Made by a program: the position numbers and the translations under genes
Part shown: piece by piece, positions 28,765-38,773 of the stretch
How the letters are laid out: each line of letters begins with the position of its first letter
Numbering within the stretch: the stretch's first letter is position 1
The notes under the pieces: generated by a model
The model's database searches: none
What the model was told of the DNA's origin: nothing
The model's input: only the letters and a program-made list of their open reading frames with translations
Source: Candidatus Bathyarchaeia archaeon
Lineage (GTDB): Archaea; Thermoproteota; Bathyarchaeia; Bathyarchaeales; Bathycorpusculaceae
Direction: 5' to 3'
DNA length: 64,000 bases
NCBI GenBank assembly: GCA_049515895.1
Contig: JBEKTQ010000014.1
Coordinates: forward strand, 20,943-84,942

Positions 28765-29505
28765 ATGGCTATTGTACCTGATGAGAAAGAAGTTGTCTTT
28801 GCATTAGCGCAGTCTCTAATGAACGACCTTAACGTCCAAATGAACAAAGGCATGAAAGCTGCAACTGATGTTCGCCCTTATGCAAAACGCTATGCAATCT
28901 TAAGAGAGAGAATTTTAACTTTTGGTGTACCCAATAGCGACATTCTTGTGCCTGATTTACCTCAGGGAATCTATAATTCTAACTTTGCTCTTTTTGCGCC
29001 AGATATTCAGCGAAATGTTGGTTTTTTTGATGAGTTAATGATGGCTACAGGTCAAATGGTGGCTTTCTTGAGTGCTATCCAAAAAACCTCTTCAAAGGTT
29101 TTGACCGAGTTAGAGGAGTTTCTCTTCAAGAACCTTAGGAAGAATGTGTTAGCTACTCCTAGTGCTGAAAAGGAAATTCAAGATATAGTTTCCATCATGC
29201 TTAACACAAAAGGCTACAGTTACGAAAGAGAAAAGATTCGAATAAGCTATTCTTCGAAGACGTTTGTTCCTGATTTTACTTTTGAGGATTTGAATGCTGC
29301 TTTAGAGATTAAGCTGTGTTAGACTGACCAGAAGGAGAAGGATTTGGTTGATGAGATTAACGCTGATATTCCTGGGTATTCAACAAGATACCAGAATCTC
29401 ACGTTTTTGGTTTATGATTTGGGTGTTATTAGAGACGCTGAGCAGTCTTCCAGAGACATAGAAAAGAATAGTCCAAGAATCAAGGTTCTCATAGTGAAGC
29501 AATAG
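28765..29505 (+). pseudogene. PD-(D/E)XK nuclease (DpnII/MboI-like C-terminal domain) interrupted by an in-frame TAG
   Basis: EKEIQD...FVPDF...LEIKLC-TAG(29320-29322)-TDQKEKDLVDEINADI..Y......FLVYDLGVIRD continues in frame for 60 codons to 29505. Confidence 0.75.
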
Positions 29506-29618
29506 ACAAAACTGACAAAGCGCATAAATGATCGCACAAACTACTTTACATTCGGTGAATTAAATGGAAAAAGAAAAGTATAGGGTAATGCCCCAACTTT
29601 ATAGACGGCTTTCAGGTG

Positions 29619-29652
29619 TGAAATACCTTGACTTAATAGTCAAGGTACTTCA
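29619..29652. repeat. Near-perfect inverted repeat (15-bp arms, 4-nt loop); possible terminator or protein-binding site
   Basis: tgaaataccttgact-taat-agtcaaggtacttca, one mismatch; between convergent genes. Confidence 0.6.
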
Positions 29653-29763
29653 TTATTTTTGACTGTTCTTTCTTTTCGGACAAAAATAGCTCATTAAATA
29701 GAATCTTCTTGCATTCTCCTTAACTTTCTCTTTCATGATGGCAAGTTAGCGGAAGGTCAAAAG

Positions 29764-30141
29764 TCATTCTAATCCGCGTTTTTTCTTGACAAAGTAGACG
29801 AAATCTGGAGCATAATTCTTGTCCAGCATTAAGTGAGTCGTATCAGGAACGTTCCACTCGTCAACAAACGTTTCATCAACATATCCGACGTCGATGTGGA
29901 CTCGCCCGCCAACTTTTTGTTTCCAAGTGTCGTGCAATCTGAGGAAGTAGTAGTCACCGCCTTTAGATTTGGAGTAAGTCACAACGCCGTAATTATCTTG
30001 CTTTAAGTCGGCATAATCTTGTATTTCCAGGGGAGTCGGGTTAAGCTTCTCCAATGCTTCAAATGCGGCAGAAACAATTTCAAAAGCAGTTTTCCTCAAG
30101 CAATGACTCCTTTCAGTTGAGTTAAGGCAGCTCGTGTTCAT
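29764..30141 (-). CDS. Hypothetical protein
   Basis: ORF overlapping its upstream neighbour in a minus-strand run. Confidence 0.55.
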   Translation of the reverse strand: MNTSCLNSTERSHCLRKTAFEIVSAAFEALEKLNPTPLEIQDYADLKQDNYGVVTYSKSKGGDYYFLRLHDTWKQKVGGRVHIDVGYVDETFVDEWNVPDTTHLMLDKNYAPDFVYFVKKKRGLE

Positions 30142-30439
30142 TCTTTTTTATGCAGTCTTCACAGAAAAAAGCAGAGTAAAGGCCGTCTTTGTGAATGCCG
30201 CTTTCGATTTTTCTGTTCGGATCAAAGCAACAAACAATGTCTTTTAAGCTTAATCTTTTGCCACATTTGGAACAGTGGAATTCCAATGTATACCCGAGAT
30301 TTTTAGGAAGAATTTTTATATTCTTAATTTTCCATTGGGATGTGGTTCCGTATTGTTTCGTTTTCAATTTCTTTTCTTGTTCCCGCTTTTCTTCGTTTTC
30401 ATTACCAGTTTTCTTGGACCGCTTTGTTATGGTTTTCAT
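30122..30439 (-). CDS. Small Zn-finger protein
   Basis: CSKC...CEDC; ATGA coupling to the upstream gene. Confidence 0.6.
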   Translation of the reverse strand: MKTITKRSKKTGNENEEKREQEKKLKTKQYGTTSQWKIKNIKILPKNLGYTLEFHCSKCGKRLSLKDIVCCFDPNRKIESGIHKDGLYSAFFCEDCIKKNEHELP

Positions 30440-31011
30440 TCCTCACTGAATTTAACATCGGCCATTCCGTGCTTCGCGTACTCTGTCGCTTCTTCTATAA
30501 CTTCAGAGGCGAGCCGCAGCAATTTTGGGATAAATTTCGGTCCACAAAGGTCAGAATGAAAAACTGCTGGAGAAAAATCCATATTATCGACGATATTCAG
30601 CGTTTTCTTTACATCATGCACCACCGCCAGGAATAGACCATACGAATGTCCGGCGTCCCATAACAGCCTGTAAGTTCCTTCAGATACCTTTCTAGTGGCA
30701 ACTGCATTTTGGGCAATTAAGCGATCCAAATCGTACCGCATAACATAGTTAACGGTTTGCAGCCACTGAACCTTCAGCGGGAGTTGGCTGGCGATTAAGC
30801 TCAGTTTAGCCTTTAGTGAAGCTATTTTTTCGAGTTCGATTTCAACGGTGAAGATTGAATCATTTTCCTGAACCATCGCGATTCTACAATCACCTTTGTT
30901 ATCGACTTTTAGGCCAATGTTATCGCTGACTTTTCGCTTAGCGCTAGCCCAACTTGTTACAATCGATTTGAAGTTATCGTTTGCCGATTGAAGCTCAAAA
31001 ATCATCCTCAC
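30436..31011 (-). CDS. Hypothetical protein
   Basis: 191-aa ORF coupled to the downstream gene. Confidence 0.5.
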   Translation of the reverse strand: MRMIFELQSANDNFKSIVTSWASAKRKVSDNIGLKVDNKGDCRIAMVQENDSIFTVEIELEKIASLKAKLSLIASQLPLKVQWLQTVNYVMRYDLDRLIAQNAVATRKVSEGTYRLLWDAGHSYGLFLAVVHDVKKTLNIVDNMDFSPAVFHSDLCGPKFIPKLLRLASEVIEEATEYAKHGMADVKFSEE

Positions 31012-31176
31012 AACGTCTTCGTTGAAGCTTTTCGAATTGGAATTATGGAAGTCTAACAGTTCCTTGAATGTTTGAAATTTGTTTTTGTCTGACAGTCAAA
31101 GTCACTCTCCATTCGAAAATTCTCCAATTAACCTGGAACATTTTTTGTTTTTAATCATCACCCTCTTTCAATGCAA

Positions 31177-32121
31177 TCAACCTGTGACGGGTTGGTACAA
31201 GTTAAAACCGACAACTTTTCCACTATCATTAAGTTGAAAGCTAACATTACGCGCGATCTTTTGTGTTCCACCCATTGTGTACTCAATTAGTGCTTCCGCC
31301 TGCCATAGCCCTTGCTCTTTCCAGAATTTGGAGATTTGGCTGACTCTGCCAAACTTGAATTCGCCGTTTCCATCGTCAAATTGATAAATTGCTTTAACCA
31401 AATTTTCCTGGGCCCAATCTGAAATTATTTTGAAAATCTGCTCGATTCCATAATGGTTTTCATCATCGCTCGTATCATTTTCTTGTTTTGCTTCGGGCGT
31501 CAGGATTCCTATCGAATCTATGCTCTTGACACTTTGTTCTAGTCTTTGCCATTCTTTTTCTTCAGACTTAAATTCGTTCACTGCAGTCCTTGCTTTGCTT
31601 GCACTTTCGTTAACAAGTGCCGTTGCGACTAAAAGCGGTCTAAAACCGAATGGGTCATTCCTATTTATTTTAACTCGGGGGCTCAATGTATCGCTGCACA
31701 ATATCTTTATAGCTATTTTCAGGGTTTCCGTAACTGATAGGAAATTGTGAAGCGCTTGGAGTTCATCGTTCAGCCTAATCAAGAAATCAAGAAACAAGTT
31801 GTTTAGTGCATTATTGGACAGGAAAAAATGTAATTCTGATGTGACCTCAGTTGCATAGGAATTTAGATAACAGCAGGTTCCTCTGATTGTGTCTAAATTT
31901 TTCTCAAGTTCTTCAATTAAAGCTTTAAACAAAAGCACGTCGTTGTCAATTAAGGAACCATTTTCGCTCTCAACCCAACGAGGCGTGAGAGTACTTATTG
32001 AAGAAGCAAGCGCTTCGAGCTCGTGGGTTTTTTGAGATAATATGCTACAAAAGGCCCAATGTTTCTTTGTGTAACTTTCTAGTTTTAACAAATCTTTCTT
32101 AAGTTCTATTATTGCAGACAA
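31177..32121 (-). CDS. Hypothetical helical protein
   Basis: 314-aa ORF with a GGAGG Shine-Dalgarno-like motif upstream. Confidence 0.6.
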   Translation of the reverse strand: MSAIIELKKDLLKLESYTKKHWAFCSILSQKTHELEALASSISTLTPRWVESENGSLIDNDVLLFKALIEELEKNLDTIRGTCCYLNSYATEVTSELHFFLSNNALNNLFLDFLIRLNDELQALHNFLSVTETLKIAIKILCSDTLSPRVKINRNDPFGFRPLLVATALVNESASKARTAVNEFKSEEKEWQRLEQSVKSIDSIGILTPEAKQENDTSDDENHYGIEQIFKIISDWAQENLVKAIYQFDDGNGEFKFGRVSQISKFWKEQGLWQAEALIEYTMGGTQKIARNVSFQLNDSGKVVGFNLYQPVTG

Positions 32122-32447
32122 GTTGAACCTCCTGGAAAACTTGATCTAAAATCTAATTTTTGTGATTTCACTTCTTTCTCAAAACAATCACGCCCCAAAA
32201 AGATCATTCCTTGCTGAGAAATATCCCATTCATTTGTTTCTTTCTCAACCCAGTTTCCCAAGTCTTTGCAGATAAATGCACCTTCGATTCTTAGCTCTTT
32301 TTTACAAATCGAACAATTAAGATCGTGAAACTGAAAAGCTGAGTTTCCATAGAAGCGGTTCTCATCAATTGAATTTTTTTTCTCAGCTTTTTCAAGTTTT
32401 AACGCGAGTTTGTTGAAGGCGTCATCTATTGCTTTTCGGCTGCATAC
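32109..32447 (-). CDS. Small Zn-finger-like protein (start uncertain)
   Basis: 3' part of ORF 32109-32651: CSICKKEL...GRDCF resembles 30122-30439; the 5' part overlaps the HTH gene in another frame. Confidence 0.4.
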   Translation of the reverse strand, partial: VCSRKAIDDAFNKLALKLEKAEKKNSIDENRFYGNSAFQFHDLNCSICKKELRIEGAFICKDLGNWVEKETNEWDISQQGMIFLGRDCFEKEVKSQKLDFRSSFPGGSTCLQ

Positions 32448-32641
32448 ATTCTGGCTCTCCCCACGGTCCTTGAAATCTTTATCTTTCCAACTTTTTCCAG
32501 TCCGAACACGTATTTTGAGATAGTGTTCCGATGAACGCCAGTTCTTTCCGCAATTTCCTCTATGGAGAAGTCCTTTGGATATTCTTTTTGCAGGAATTCG
32601 AGGACTATTTTTTCTATATCTTGATTCACTTTGGTGTGCAT
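32426..32641 (-). CDS. Winged-HTH transcriptional regulator
   Basis: FSIEEIAERTGVHRNTISKYVFGLEKVGKI...VGRARMY. Confidence 0.85.
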   Translation of the reverse strand: MHTKVNQDIEKIVLEFLQKEYPKDFSIEEIAERTGVHRNTISKYVFGLEKVGKIKISRTVGRARMYAAEKQ

Positions 32642-32678
32642 TGACGAACATTATTATCGAATAATCCTTATATAGTTG

Positions 32679-32711
32679 GTTGTTTATTAACGTTGTGCAT
32701 CAATAAACAAC
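32679..32711. promoter_or_regulatory. Candidate operator in a divergent promoter
   Basis: Perfect 10-bp inverted repeat gttgtttatt-N13-aataaacaac between the HTH gene and the divergent operon. Confidence 0.45.
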
Positions 32712-32726
32712 ATTGAAGGTGACCTG

Positions 32727-32981
32727 ATGACCTCATTCAATAACCAAATAAATATCCTGAATAACAGACTCGTCGAAATAGATGCAACACCAGATCTTAG
32801 TAAATCCAAACCGGTTTTGATACATAAACAAGAACAAATCGGTAAACTGCTAAAACAGCTCGAAATAATGCGCGAAAATTGGATTGCGCTGAAATTTAAC
32901 GACGAGATTTTCGTTGTTTGGAACGAATTGATTTTTCATTATTCAAACGAAAAATGCGAAAATAAACGATCAATGGAGTAA
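32727..32981 (+). CDS. Hypothetical protein
   Basis: GAAGGTGA Shine-Dalgarno-like motif upstream; first gene of a plus-strand run. Confidence 0.5.
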   Translation: MTSFNNQINILNNRLVEIDATPDLSKSKPVLIHKQEQIGKLLKQLEIMRENWIALKFNDEIFVVWNELIFHYSNEKCENKRSME

Positions 32982-32988
32982 CTAAAAC

Positions 32989-33327
32989 ATGAATGAAAGA
33001 CTGAAAATACTAAACAATGGGCGCTTATTCACTAGAGCAGCGATATACATTCCTGTTATTGCGTCCGATCAATATCAGAAAGCAAACGTTAGGATTCAAC
33101 TCGAACAATGCAACAAGTTCATTCAGCGTAACAATTGGATCTTGACCGATATTTATCTTGAAAAAGAAGGTAACGGGATCCTTCGTTTAATGCGCGAGCG
33201 AGCATCACGGTCATTTGACGTCGTAGTTTCTGCCACAAGGTTCTGTAACGAATCCCCAGCTGGGCATTCAAGAAATCTTAGCATTACAGCAGTTTGCGAC
33301 GCACGCCTCTGGAGGAATGAAAGTTGA
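32989..33327 (+). pseudogene. Truncated/degenerate serine recombinase catalytic domain
   Basis: RAAIYIPVIASDQ...QLEQCNKF..RNNW....IYLE...FDVVV follows the resolvase N-terminus, but YxRVS is altered and the C-terminus is missing. Confidence 0.6.
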
Positions 33328-34550
33328 TAGCAGGTGATGGTTCTATGCTTTGTAAGACTGTCTCTCCAGAACCCGAGGGAAAGGTTAATCGAGCTAGGAT
33401 TTGTCCAATATGCGAAAATCACGCCAATAAATTTGCTATAAGCGACACCAACTTGAATTTTCTCGAGCTACGGTATCAGGATAAGACTTTGGATGATGCA
33501 ATTAGTCTATCTGCCATCGCATGGCATAACTTTCCTGCTTTGCGTCTCAGCTCAGATAGTAGAACGGTAATAAATGCTCTGATGAAAGACATTCGAGAGG
33601 AAGTAACAAAAGCGTTGGATCCTTTGGAAATATTTGTGCAATCGGTTTTCCCTTTAAGCAATAAGCTGCAGGGTTTGATTGATGAATTACCTTCGAACGT
33701 CAAGGACGAATTTTGCCAAATAAATGAACAACTAAGTGATAGGCTAAAATCAATCGAGCAAGTGACTAAGAGTTCAAATGAACCAATTCAGAGAGACCTC
33801 AAAGAGTTATTCCAGTTCATAAATTTGTTAACCAATAAACCAATTGTAAAGGGATCAATCGGCGAGGAGACACTTGCCCTTTCTTGGCCTGAAGCTTTTC
33901 CAATGGATAGCGTTTCCAAAAGAGGCGGACCTGGGAAATCAGACATGCTCATCAGTCCCTGTCTCGAAATCAACGGTTTAAAAATGGGGCAGAAAATCGC
34001 AATTGAAAGGAAGTCAGGGCAACAAAGATACTCCGGGGCTCACCTGCACGAAGCCGTCAATCATTCAAAAATAGAAGGCGCGAGGTTTTGCCTGCTGATT
34101 TATGATTCGCCTCAAAACCTACTCGAATCTCAAAAACCACTCAACTTAACGATGCTCGATGGTGTTATGGTGGGCGTAGGCGATGTGCAAAGTGCAAGCT
34201 GGCGAGCGCTAAGACAACTATTTGGTATAATGCAAACAATGCTCCCAAATGTAGACACTTCCCAATCCACATTCGATGTTTCAAAATTGAAAAATACGGT
34301 TGAACAAATGCACTCCATCAACCTTCAAATTGACGTTTTGAGAAAAAGCAATATCTCCGCACTTTGCAGCTGTCAGAAAGTTCAAGATAGCATAAACCAA
34401 CTTGAAAAGATAATCGTGTATTATGAAGAATTGCTTAAAGGCCTATTAAATCCGAGATGCAACAAAACACCCGGTCAGCAACAAGAACACATTGTATTGA
34501 ATTATCAAACTGATCAAGCAGGGCGAAATTCAGAGTCGCTTAATCCTTGA
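33324..34550 (+). CDS. Coiled-coil + PD-(D/E)XK nuclease (RmuC/DUF2130-like)
   Basis: Coiled coil, KGSIGEE, GKSDMLI, IAIERK, then a second coiled coil. Confidence 0.6.
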   Translation: MIAGDGSMLCKTVSPEPEGKVNRARICPICENHANKFAISDTNLNFLELRYQDKTLDDAISLSAIAWHNFPALRLSSDSRTVINALMKDIREEVTKALDPLEIFVQSVFPLSNKLQGLIDELPSNVKDEFCQINEQLSDRLKSIEQVTKSSNEPIQRDLKELFQFINLLTNKPIVKGSIGEETLALSWPEAFPMDSVSKRGGPGKSDMLISPCLEINGLKMGQKIAIERKSGQQRYSGAHLHEAVNHSKIEGARFCLLIYDSPQNLLESQKPLNLTMLDGVMVGVGDVQSASWRALRQLFGIMQTMLPNVDTSQSTFDVSKLKNTVEQMHSINLQIDVLRKSNISALCSCQKVQDSINQLEKIIVYYEELLKGLLNPRCNKTPGQQQEHIVLNYQTDQAGRNSESLNP

Positions 34551-34564
34551 TAGGAGGTTCTTAA

Positions 34565-35707
34565 ATGGTTTTAACTCGAAGAGAGCAAAAAGGAATGAAT
34601 TTATTCGCCGAGAAAAGAGTTCAAGAGATTAGTCAATCGAAATTTGTTGTTCGCTCTGAAACCGACCTATCAGTTACTTATCATGTTGAATGGGCTGGCA
34701 AAAAATGGGCTTGCACCTGCCCTGATTTTTTCAGGAATCACAAATCTTGCAAACACATTCACGCTGTGAGTTACTATTTGACAATTAAAGCTTTCATTCC
34801 AGCTCTTAAATCGAGCAATGACGAGGAGCTAATGTGCCCGTACTGTCACTCTACTGAGAACTCACCGCATGCTCAAAGACTTAACAAAAGTGGTCCAGTA
34901 AAACGCCTGCGCTGCAAGAACTGTAAAAAAACATTCACTGACCGGCATGGATTTGAGGGCATGAAGAATCAAGCGAAAATAATTGCAACAGCCCTCGACC
35001 TCTTCTACAAAGGATTATCATTGAGAAAAATCAGTGAACACCTTGAAATGATGTACTGCGTGAAAATTTGCCATACAACGATCTACTATTGGTTAGCCAA
35101 ATTCGTACAATTTGTTGAAAAAAACGCATCGACCGATCCCATTACAACGGGGGAGAGACAGGGAGCGGATGAGACGATGGTAAGAATAAGAGGACGTCAT
35201 ATCTTGCTGTGGGGATTACTAGATCGTGAAACCAAAATTCTAGTTGCTGAGCATATAAGCACTAGAAGATCGACCGAGGAAGCAATTATTTTGTTAGAGA
35301 AGGGACAAAGTAGGACAGCTCCCGAGGCAGACCAAGTTAGTGAACTCACAACAGATGGGCTGGGTAGCTACCCAGAGGCATTGCGATCCTTGAAAAATAA
35401 GAGAACGACCCCGCTGATTCACATTCAAGGACCGGGTTTAACTGGCAGCGGTGGAGCATCCAACAATGAAACAGAGCGACTTATGGGAACCATAAAAGAA
35501 AGAATAGGTTTAGCAAAACATCTAGACAGCGAAGAGAGCGCCAAAATATTCAGTGCTGGGTTTAGGGAATACTACAATTCTTGCCGCGGGCACATGGCTC
35601 TCGGCGGAAAAACCCCCGCCCAAGCAGCAGGACTGGAAAAAAAGAAACTCACCTGGATAGATTTAATCAGCAAGGCTCACGACAGACACAACCAATCTAA
35701 AAAGTAG
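34565..35707 (+). CDS. IS6-like DDE transposase with SWIM finger and Zn ribbon
   Basis: CTCPD...CKHI (SWIM); CPYC...CKNC; GLSLRKI HTH; ADET / TTDGL..Y / NNETER triad; YYN..R.H.AL.GKTPA. Confidence 0.8.
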   Translation: MVLTRREQKGMNLFAEKRVQEISQSKFVVRSETDLSVTYHVEWAGKKWACTCPDFFRNHKSCKHIHAVSYYLTIKAFIPALKSSNDEELMCPYCHSTENSPHAQRLNKSGPVKRLRCKNCKKTFTDRHGFEGMKNQAKIIATALDLFYKGLSLRKISEHLEMMYCVKICHTTIYYWLAKFVQFVEKNASTDPITTGERQGADETMVRIRGRHILLWGLLDRETKILVAEHISTRRSTEEAIILLEKGQSRTAPEADQVSELTTDGLGSYPEALRSLKNKRTTPLIHIQGPGLTGSGGASNNETERLMGTIKERIGLAKHLDSEESAKIFSAGFREYYNSCRGHMALGGKTPAQAAGLEKKKLTWIDLISKAHDRHNQSKK

Positions 35708-35713
35708 ACTAAT

Positions 35714-37168
35714 TCATTCTTTAAAAAAATCGCGAAGATCCCCACACTTTTCTAACATAATCACCTTGTAAGCGAATTCCAGGAGTCTTTGCCATTTTTC
35801 ACCCACATTACGAGTTATACTCTTTGGCAGTAGAATTCCAATATGCTCTGCCGGCGTCTTTCCACCCAAGCTTAAATGAGGACGCAAATAGATATGCTGA
35901 AACCGCTTGAATTCAACACCCAACGAAAGGGTTCTGAGTGACATGAACCGATATGGACGTAAACACTCGTCCTTTATTTCCATCCAATATCGTTCTTGAT
36001 GGTTAACGATGTTATAACACTGTGCTTTGGTTCGGCTGTAGAGCTCAACATCCGGGACCATCATGTTAACAGCTTTGCAGTGGACCCCCCGCCCCCCGCC
36101 GTCACACAGGATTCTTCGAGGTTTACAACCAAACGTCGTAATAGCGTTCTCCAAACACTTCAATGATCGCTTGTAATCAAAGCTGAAGCTAGTTACCATC
36201 GGAGGCGGATATCGAGATTCCACGACCAAGCTTCCCGTAATATATGCAAATCGTTTAATCCCAATTCCAAGCCGTTTCAATTCTTTTTTATCAATCATTT
36301 CAATCACGCTATGATAGTCCACTTTTTCGTTTCTAGCAGTCATATCTTCCATTTTCTTTCTGCATAGATTTTCGATAATGTTGTGAAAATTTATGTTTCG
36401 ATTATTAATCAAGTCCTGTTGTTTAATCCTCTTGCCCATGGTGTAAATTGGGTAAGGTGAATAGTCCATTTCCAGCGTTCCAAGTTTTATTTCTTTACTG
36501 GCGAGCTTGCGAATTGCTATCGGTTCAAAGTTTGCCAAAACCAAATTTGTTCTTTCAACTATAGAGTATACTGCATCAGGTGATATGCTCTTTATCTCTG
36601 GAAATCCCTTGCCAGGGGCTTGCATCTCTAATTCTAGGTTGATTCTGGGAAAATCATCGCCTTGCTGAAAAGAAGACAATATAATGTTCCACAATTTAAA
36701 AGGGGAATGTAGACCTTTGTCAACCCCCCAGCTGAATGTTTTTCCACAATTCCTGCATTTCCATCGGCGATCCTTAAAGAAGACATGTGGAACTATGTCT
36801 AAGTGGCCGCAATATGGGCAGACGACGGGGCCTTCAGAATAGAGTAACAAAGGAAGAGATCCCCATCTTTTTATCGATGTTTGAGGATCCCAGAACGCCC
36901 GACGAATTCTCTTCTGACATTCTTCAATTCTAGGTAATGTGCTTGCAGTTGATTCCAATTGGGACTGTTCAAACTTTGCTCGCGCTAGCGGAGTGCTCAG
37001 TATTTTTAGTTTACTGTTTGTGTCAGGAACTTGCTTGTCGAGAAAAGCACTGATCTTTTCTTTTGAAGGAGTATCTATTTCAGGCACTATGCCAAGCCTA
37101 TAATTCCAAATCGAAAACGTCGAACGTTTGTCTTCTTTAACCTGTTTTTCTTTCATATTTTTCACCAA
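35714..37168 (-). CDS. Divergent DDE transposase/integrase-like protein with Zn ribbon
   Basis: CPYC...WKCRNCGKTF; EMDYS / LCDGG / HQERYW; RPHLSLGGKTPAE. Confidence 0.65.
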   Translation of the reverse strand: MVKNMKEKQVKEDKRSTFSIWNYRLGIVPEIDTPSKEKISAFLDKQVPDTNSKLKILSTPLARAKFEQSQLESTASTLPRIEECQKRIRRAFWDPQTSIKRWGSLPLLLYSEGPVVCPYCGHLDIVPHVFFKDRRWKCRNCGKTFSWGVDKGLHSPFKLWNIILSSFQQGDDFPRINLELEMQAPGKGFPEIKSISPDAVYSIVERTNLVLANFEPIAIRKLASKEIKLGTLEMDYSPYPIYTMGKRIKQQDLINNRNINFHNIIENLCRKKMEDMTARNEKVDYHSVIEMIDKKELKRLGIGIKRFAYITGSLVVESRYPPPMVTSFSFDYKRSLKCLENAITTFGCKPRRILCDGGGRGVHCKAVNMMVPDVELYSRTKAQCYNIVNHQERYWMEIKDECLRPYRFMSLRTLSLGVEFKRFQHIYLRPHLSLGGKTPAEHIGILLPKSITRNVGEKWQRLLEFAYKVIMLEKCGDLRDFFKE

Positions 37169-37334
37169 ATTGTTTTTTTCGTCCTATTCACCTTTTTTGA
37201 ACATCGAAATGATTTTCCAAGAAGTTCACCGAATATCCTCCAAGACCGTATCTGGTCTTGTTGGATATTCAGTGATTTTCTATGAAGTTCATTTTTCGGT
37301 GAAGCAATGTTGAGTTTAAATACCGCAGACATTT

Positions 37335-38201
37335 CTAATTGCCGCCTTCCAAAATTTTTTGAAACGCTGTTGCGACCACACACTTTTCTAGGCAAAAACT
37401 TCTGCTAATAGGTCCGCCTATATGTGAGCAATAGAATCCATCGGTTTTGCCAATACTTTGCATTTTGTTGCATTGTAAACTTCCTTCGTTCAAGACTACA
37501 GCTATGATTTGCTTGTTTTCCACTATGTCGAGGATTCTTGATATGGCGTTGGAAATCCTTTTTCTCGGATTGATAATACTGGGATCACAAAAGGGGTCGA
37601 GTCGTTTAACCATGTTTTTGTCAGAGTAGATTGAATAATTTTTTGTACTTAGATTAGGTATTATTCTGACTTGGATTGGTTTTTTCTCGTCGTTAACTTT
37701 TAGAATTCCAATCTTCACATTATATTTTACGTGTGAAAGGGTATCCCTTACAATACCCGCTTCAACAGACCCTTTCGCAAAAGGGAGCTGAACAATATTT
37801 CCTTCAGTTTGTTCCAGAACCAGAGTTACGCATTCGTCAGTTTTCTGTTGTTCCTTATAAAAGCAGAAAATCTCTTCTCCAGTCTTCAAAGTGATCGTTT
37901 TAGTCGGAGAGTACTTGGTTTTGCGATTGTGGAATCTTTGGACTTGAATTGGTTCCCCTGGGTCGCGGGGTTTTTTGATGCTGATTTTTACATTATGTTT
38001 GACACACAAAAGGGCGTCGTGAACTATTCTTTCATCATTTGATCCCCTTAGAAATAAAATCTTGATTAGATTGGCTTCTGTCTGTTCCAAAACAACAATT
38101 GTGTTGGAAGCATCTCTTTGCATTTTCTTATATAACCCAGCGACCTCTCCCCCCGTCTTTAAGACGATTGGTTTAGCTTGATTTAAGGGGTCGTCATTCA
38201 T
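37335..38201 (-). CDS. Hypothetical protein with an internally duplicated ~90-aa domain
   Basis: LKTGxE...YK......VLEQTExN...F.+GS....IV.D.L..VK.NVKI.I.K..D...PIQV occurs twice. Confidence 0.65.
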   Translation of the reverse strand: MNDDPLNQAKPIVLKTGGEVAGLYKKMQRDASNTIVVLEQTEANLIKILFLRGSNDERIVHDALLCVKHNVKISIKKPRDPGEPIQVQRFHNRKTKYSPTKTITLKTGEEIFCFYKEQQKTDECVTLVLEQTEGNIVQLPFAKGSVEAGIVRDTLSHVKYNVKIGILKVNDEKKPIQVRIIPNLSTKNYSIYSDKNMVKRLDPFCDPSIINPRKRISNAISRILDIVENKQIIAVVLNEGSLQCNKMQSIGKTDGFYCSHIGGPISRSFCLEKCVVATAFQKILEGGN

Positions 38202-38409
38202 TATTATCTGTCCTTACTTGGTGTGCTGAAACGCTATTTTCGGTGCTGGATGATTTTCGTAGTTTCTCTCGTGTGCTACGAATCTGTTGATTATTCTTTT
38301 TTTGAGCGATGAAGAAAGAATGGCGGATGGTTCGACCCCTCTTTTTTCAATTGCGAAAGTAGTTGATCGAATTCATTATCGAACCTTACAAGGCAAGTTT
38401 TATCGAGAA

Positions 38410-38598
38410 TCATTTGGCTGACCTCAGCAAGAGCAGCCATGTCTCGGCTTTAGAGACTAGTTCTTCCGCGCTCATAACATCTTTTTCTCCCAATATTGTA
38501 GCCCTCAATGGAGAATCCAAAGGAAACTTTTCGAAAACCACTAATTTTAGCGGCCTAATATCCACCTTATTTTTCGCATGATTTTCGTTCCTAGCCAT
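38410..38598 (-). CDS. Small hypothetical protein
   Basis: GGAGG Shine-Dalgarno motif upstream of the ATG; divergent from the multi-HTH gene. Confidence 0.55.
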   Translation of the reverse strand: MARNENHAKNKVDIRPLKLVVFEKFPLDSPLRATILGEKDVMSAEELVSKAETWLLLLRSAK

Positions 38599-38773
38599 TT
38601 CGCCGAATCCTCCCGAATTTTGCTATTTATTCCAGTTTTGTAGGTAGAAACGCTGGCTGCAGTGCATTTTAACCTTTTTTTCGATAAAGGAGCCCGAAAT
38701 TCCACTATTTGCGCAAGGCTTATTGAATCCCACTAGTGGAAATTTAATAAGCATTATCCACCAATGAGATCTC

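Noticed and set aside
32448-32651. 5' half of the 180-aa ORF 32109-32651
   Set aside because: Shadow frame of the convincing wHTH gene 32426-32641
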